A stretch of 64,000 bases of DNA. It comes from Balanoglossus misakiensis. Taxonomy: Eukaryota > Animalia > Hemichordata. Positions 59,329 to 64,000 of this stretch are shown here, in pieces. The position numbers were made by a program, and so were the translations under genes. The stretch lies in the NCBI GenBank assembly GCA_040954595.2, contig CM082579.2:13083834-13147833 (forward strand), in the 5' to 3' direction. The notes under the pieces were generated by a model that was not told where the DNA came from, searched no databases, and saw only the letters and a program-made list of their open reading frames with translations. Within the stretch, counting starts at the first letter, position 1; each line of letters starts with the position of its first letter.

Positions 59329-61665
59329 ATGCAACCCAAATCATATATCGACATAGCGCTCGAGTGTGCTGGCAGAGGAAACCTAACCCTCAGAGAATAT
59401 CAGAAGACAACAATACAGAGTTATATGGATCGTAAAGACGTCTTCGTGTGCGCACCGACAGGCAGCGGAAAATCGCTAACTTACGAACTTGCGCCGTTTT
59501 GTTTTGATTATCGACGTTTCGGCCAAGTCAAAAGGCAACCGGACACGATAATAGTGATTATTTCTCCACTAATTGCACTGATGAAGGAGCAAGTTCAAAA
59601 GCTGACTGATAGGGGGCTGAAGGCTGTGTATATAAGCGAGCCAAAAGTCGACATGTCTGGAGTAAAGTCAGGGAAATACAATTATGTATTCGGTTGTCCT
59701 GAAGCGTTCCTGACGCAACATCGGTCGCTTTTACTGTCCAAGACTTATCAAGATCGAGTTGGAGCAATATTTGTCGATGAAAGCCATTGTATCAAAAAAT
59801 GGTAAGTGTTTTTTTTTCTTCCAGTTACAGTCTACTCATAAAATGTGCCCCACCTGCATGTGTCGCTTTTGCAACAAATTCAGTTAATAGCTCCGAGCGC
59901 GCGTGTCGTATCATTTTTGACATATATCATCTGCAACTTAGTTGTTAAACCTTTGCCGTTAAATAAATATTAACGTATTTAACGTCGACTGTGTGTGGCC
60001 CAGATAAGCGTAAGTGACTAGACTGCTGCGTTAACGAGCGTGTTTTTTTTATACGACTGTACCGGAAATGGGCCACAAGAAGACGATAGTAAATTTGACC
60101 TTACGACCCATGACCCTTGTTCCAGTTTTCGAAAAATTACCGTAACATATGCATGATTAAAAATATTAACCTGTCATACACGTTCCACGATTAGATTTGA
60201 AACAATCAGACAACTCAAATCTTACTTTGCAATGTTTCTTTTTATTTGCAGGGGAAAACAATCGCGCAGTGGTGAAAAGGCTTTCAGACAACAATACGGT
60301 CAGCTGGGTCAACTGAGGTCACTCCTTACAACTAAAGTACCCGTCATTACGCTGACTGCAACCGCATCAGTCGAGACAAGACAAGTAATCATCCAAGACC
60401 TGTGCATGCAGGGATGTGAACTAATCCTGGAAAACACCAACAAAGAGAACATTAGGTACAGTGTAATCCGTACAGACAGTGACCTAGAGGCACTATTCAA
60501 GTGGTTGCTTGATGAACTGAAACTAAAACAGAAGGAAACCCCTCGTGTAATCATTTTTTGCCGGCGTAGACGACATTGTGCTGAATTGTTTGAACTTTTC
60601 TCCTTGAGACTTGCACAAAGTGCTTACCATAATTACAATGCCAGCTGCCACAATGATGATCGCAACCGTTACTTTGCGATGTTTCATTCCAAAACTGATG
60701 AGGTAATCAAAGAATCAATAATATCATCGTTTCAAGACCCAGAAGGGGTAGTAAGGGTGGTTTTCACAACATCTGCCTTTAGCATGGGGATGGATTTGAA
60801 GAATATTTCTCAAGTTATCCATTTTGGACCATCCAATGATGCTGATGATTATATACAAGAGACTGGTAGGGTTGGTAGGGACAGTAATGTACAGAGTAGT
60901 GCTGTTTTATTATTGTATAAAGGTTGTATGAGGAGCAACAATATTGACAAATCTATGAGAGATTACTCAAATAACAGTACAAAATGTCGTCGTAAACTCC
61001 TACTTCAACAATTCCAAGAAGATCCACAATCTCTTGTTGTTTCACATGCTTGTTGTGACATTTGCAGTAAATCATGTAGGTGTATGTGTCCTTGTGAAGA
61101 TGTTGAATTTTGTCATTGCTCTATTGTCTGTGTTTCTTCAGATATGTACATGTCAAAAGCTGAACGAGAGTTGCGAGCCTTGTCAGAAAGACAAATGCAA
61201 GACAGGGAACATTTCAAACAGTTGAGTGTGAAGCATAACGTATCACAACAACAAATGTCACTTTTTCATACTGAGCTGAATGATTACAGAGATAGTTTGC
61301 TGATAGAGATCGATGGGAATTGCATAGTAACAGCAGATATTGCTACTGGGTTTTCCTCTGCCCTTGTTCATGACCTTGTAAAATATAGTCAGTATATTGA
61401 CAGCAAGGAAATGTTAGAGAAACATTTTCCTTTTTTTTCTTGTGAACATGTTTCTTATGTATGGGATTTATTCTGTGAGATACTTGACAGTAGTTCTCTT
61501 GAGTCTCAAAATTTTGATGATTGTATTAATGAAATATGTATGGAAGATAATCTGACTAATTTATCTGTAGATGAGGATGTTATTGATAGTGATGATGAAG
61601 ATCTGATGTTTGCTTACAGGTCTAGGCGTCCTCAGATTGTTAGCGACTCTGAAGATGAATATTAA
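59329..61665 (+). CDS. RecQ-like SF2 helicase of an AcademH transposon, ~628 aa; exons 59329-59801 and 60252-61665
   Basis: Motif I APTGSGKS, Ia ISPLIALM, II DESH, III TAT, V SAFSMGMD, VI QETGRVGRD, RQC-type Zn motif CRR...CCDIC. One GT-AG intron. Convergent with an Academ transposase. Confidence 0.9.
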
Positions 61666-62212
61666 AAGTTATTTATTGCTTGACAGCAAGACAATTTCTA
61701 CTCTGGTTTGTCTTTTATTTATTATCACCATTATAATAAGCTCAGTGGCAGCTGTCGCTATGTAATTGCTTTGTGGAGAACAATGGAATGTACACATTAA
61801 CCTCACTTCCTCCTCGTACTCCCAAGCACACATAAAACTCAAGTCCACACACAGATGTTGGATTTACATTGGGGGTAAACTTTAATATTATATCACATGG
61901 ACCGTAGTCCCTAACACTATGAACCCCCTTCCCCTGCAATATGTTAAAGCAGGCCTGTCAATCACTAAAAATTTACATTAAATTACATTAGCTATACCTT
62001 TTTATAATTGTAAATACAATGAGATCTGATAGACATAAACTGCAATACAAAAAATGCTTTGATAAATAAACACACAAACAGAAATATGCAAATATATGCT
62101 GGTTTTAAAGTTTTTATGCTTCCAGCAATAAATTTGCAGCTGCTATGAACTAACCCAGAATTCCCCACTTCAATCATTAATACTCCTGCTTCAATGTCAC
62201 TTTCCTATCTCT

Positions 62213-63942
62213 TCAGTAGAAATGCTTTGATGAAAATGTCTGCAAGCTCCTTTTCATCCAATTCTTGAATGCTTTCATATCTAGCATTTCAAGAATGTTT
62301 GCTGGCATCTTTTCAAAAGCCTTATGCTTTCGTGCAGGCTTCGATGCAAACAATTCTGCCTGGTGGAATTGCTGTACCAGTGTAAGAACGTCTTCTGTTG
62401 TGTTACCTTGTGTGTGCCTTCCTGATGGTCGTCGTACCTGCGTTTCCTTGTCATACTTTTTTGTTACTGACTCTGTAATGTTCTGGCTGAGGGCGACTCT
62501 GTTGATTGTTCTCTGTGTGATGTCACCCCTAAAGCTATGTACATCAGTTTTGAATGTTTTATTGTCGTGTTCAATGTCCAAATCCATGGGGTGATTTGTG
62601 TCAACCTTTCCTTGCCAATTCACACTTCTGTTCCACATCAACTGATACGCCTTCCTTGGAGTTAGCAAGCAATTGACCTGAGCCAGTAATTCCAAAGTAG
62701 CATAGGCATATTTGGGGCAGCTTGACACTTTGTAGTACAAATAAAGAAATTTGTACAAACGCACGATTCTCCCGCCATCTCCCATATGTATAGCATTGTT
62801 GTGGTCACGGCGGAGCAGACACAACATCAATGTATTCCGTGTGTAGTTCAGCACCCGATCATCCTGCAGACTCTGCTCCTCTTCTTCAGCATATTCTTCA
62901 TGTAGCCTTTCATGTTTCTTCAAATTTCCTTGCCGAACATACTCGCGGTCACAGTATCTGCATCTATACTTGCTCCTTGGACACTCTAATTTTGGGACAT
63001 CACTAACCACATATGTCTTCACAAACTTTCTCGCTTCAGACATAATGTAGTTTTTCTTCTCACCGTTAGAATCAGGATTGCCTGTAAAATGTTAAACAAA
63101 GAAAAATTAATTTGATTATGAATAAAATGACCATAGTATTTGAGTCAATGTCATGATCATCATCATCTTATTATCTCTATAGTTTTCATATCATAAGGTG
63201 GGATTTGCCTTGACCTTCTGAAACACAGGTTATGATACTTGCCTTCAAACACATTACATGATGGTGTGCCTTCCACATCAGCCATACCAAAATGCTCCAG
63301 GGCACCAGTAACCAGGTATGCATCAGTGTATTTGTCGAGAAGCTCTGCAGAAGCATAGTAATTCTTTGATGGATCACTTGTGACATTTCGTGAATTGATG
63401 GCATTTCTTGCTGCATACAAAGTCCCAATATCCGGACTAGAACTTGTGGAATACAAATGGTTCCAAATAACCTGTTTAAAATACCAAACAATACAGTGAT
63501 TATGTAATCAATATTTTATCATCAATCAACTCTCTAACTGTGTGGGTTGTAAAATCCAACTTAATACGCAGTTGGATTTTAACAATGAAAACCCACACAA
63601 TTATTTATTAAACATGATTGTGCACAAAAAAGTATTATTCGTCTGTTACCGGATAAATTCTAGGTTTGTTTAAAGTCTCACCTTGTTCCACTCTGCTTGG
63701 GCATGGAAGTCTTCAAGTTTTGGTATTAGGCCCTCCAATCGAGTACTTGGACTTCTCCCATCTCTTTTAGTGGACTGTGCCTCCTTGTGACGTTCAAATG
63801 TGAGATAGTCACCTCCACTTAATACCTTAACAGGCTCCATATCATCATCATTATGCCCAGGAACAAAGGTGTGCAGAAACTCTACAATGTCAATCATGTC
63901 GTCTCCATATTGTTCATTCTTGGCAAGAATTCCAAGGTGCAC
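62213..63942 (-). CDS. Academ transposase, C-terminal part (5' exons beyond the right edge); exons 63942-63682, 63471-63243, 63081-62213
   Basis: GILAKNE, GGDYLTFER...AQ...RLEGL...EDFHA, GDGGRI, KYA, WNRSVN..G and DLDIEHDNK are Academ motifs. The frame is open across a GT-AG and a GC-AG intron. Confidence 0.88.
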
Positions 63943-64000
63943 CTGTATTAAAATGAAAATCAACAGAACAATAAATATTTTTTTTTACAATATGAAAAAT

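Noticed and set aside
59329-61665. Host RecQ gene (WRN/BLM/RECQL)
   Set aside because: Compact two-exon gene, no exonuclease or clear HRDC domain, and convergent with an Academ transposase.

Overview
AT-rich, intron-containing eukaryotic DNA, most likely from a marine invertebrate (taxon is inference only), densely packed with transposable elements. (i) 1-8677: a minus-strand Gypsy-type LTR shell (5' LTR, PBS, PPT, start of 3' LTR) lacking gag, RT, RNase H and integrase. It contains a 5'-truncated but otherwise open, spliced KDZ (Kyakuja/Dileera/Zisupton) transposase and a convergent, intact 4-exon gene with an NRF1/EWG/P3A2-type DNA-binding domain, followed by a ~13-bp-phased GGCGCA array. 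(ii) 11-22 kb: the 3' part of a large FN3-like/cadherin-like/EGF single-pass membrane protein gene, with Helentron-type (HINE) repeats and a 239-bp satellite in its introns. (iii) A truncated aminergic-type GPCR and a LINE tail. (iv) 27-52 kb on the minus strand: POLR3C (N-terminal half only), YOD1/OTU1 (cut before the catalytic His) and a complete NUDT5. Splice phases allow an in-frame POLR3C-NUDT5 chimera. POLR3C introns hold a full-length hAT element with a 5-bp TSD and many MITEs. (v) 55-64 kb: a 127-bp satellite bracketed by a 166-bp inverted repeat, a TIR element, and an apparently intact AcademH transposon (RecQ-like helicase plus a convergent transposase with an embedded C2H2 finger) running off the right edge. 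Exon coordinates were read by hand from splice sites and reading frames; no database searches were run.
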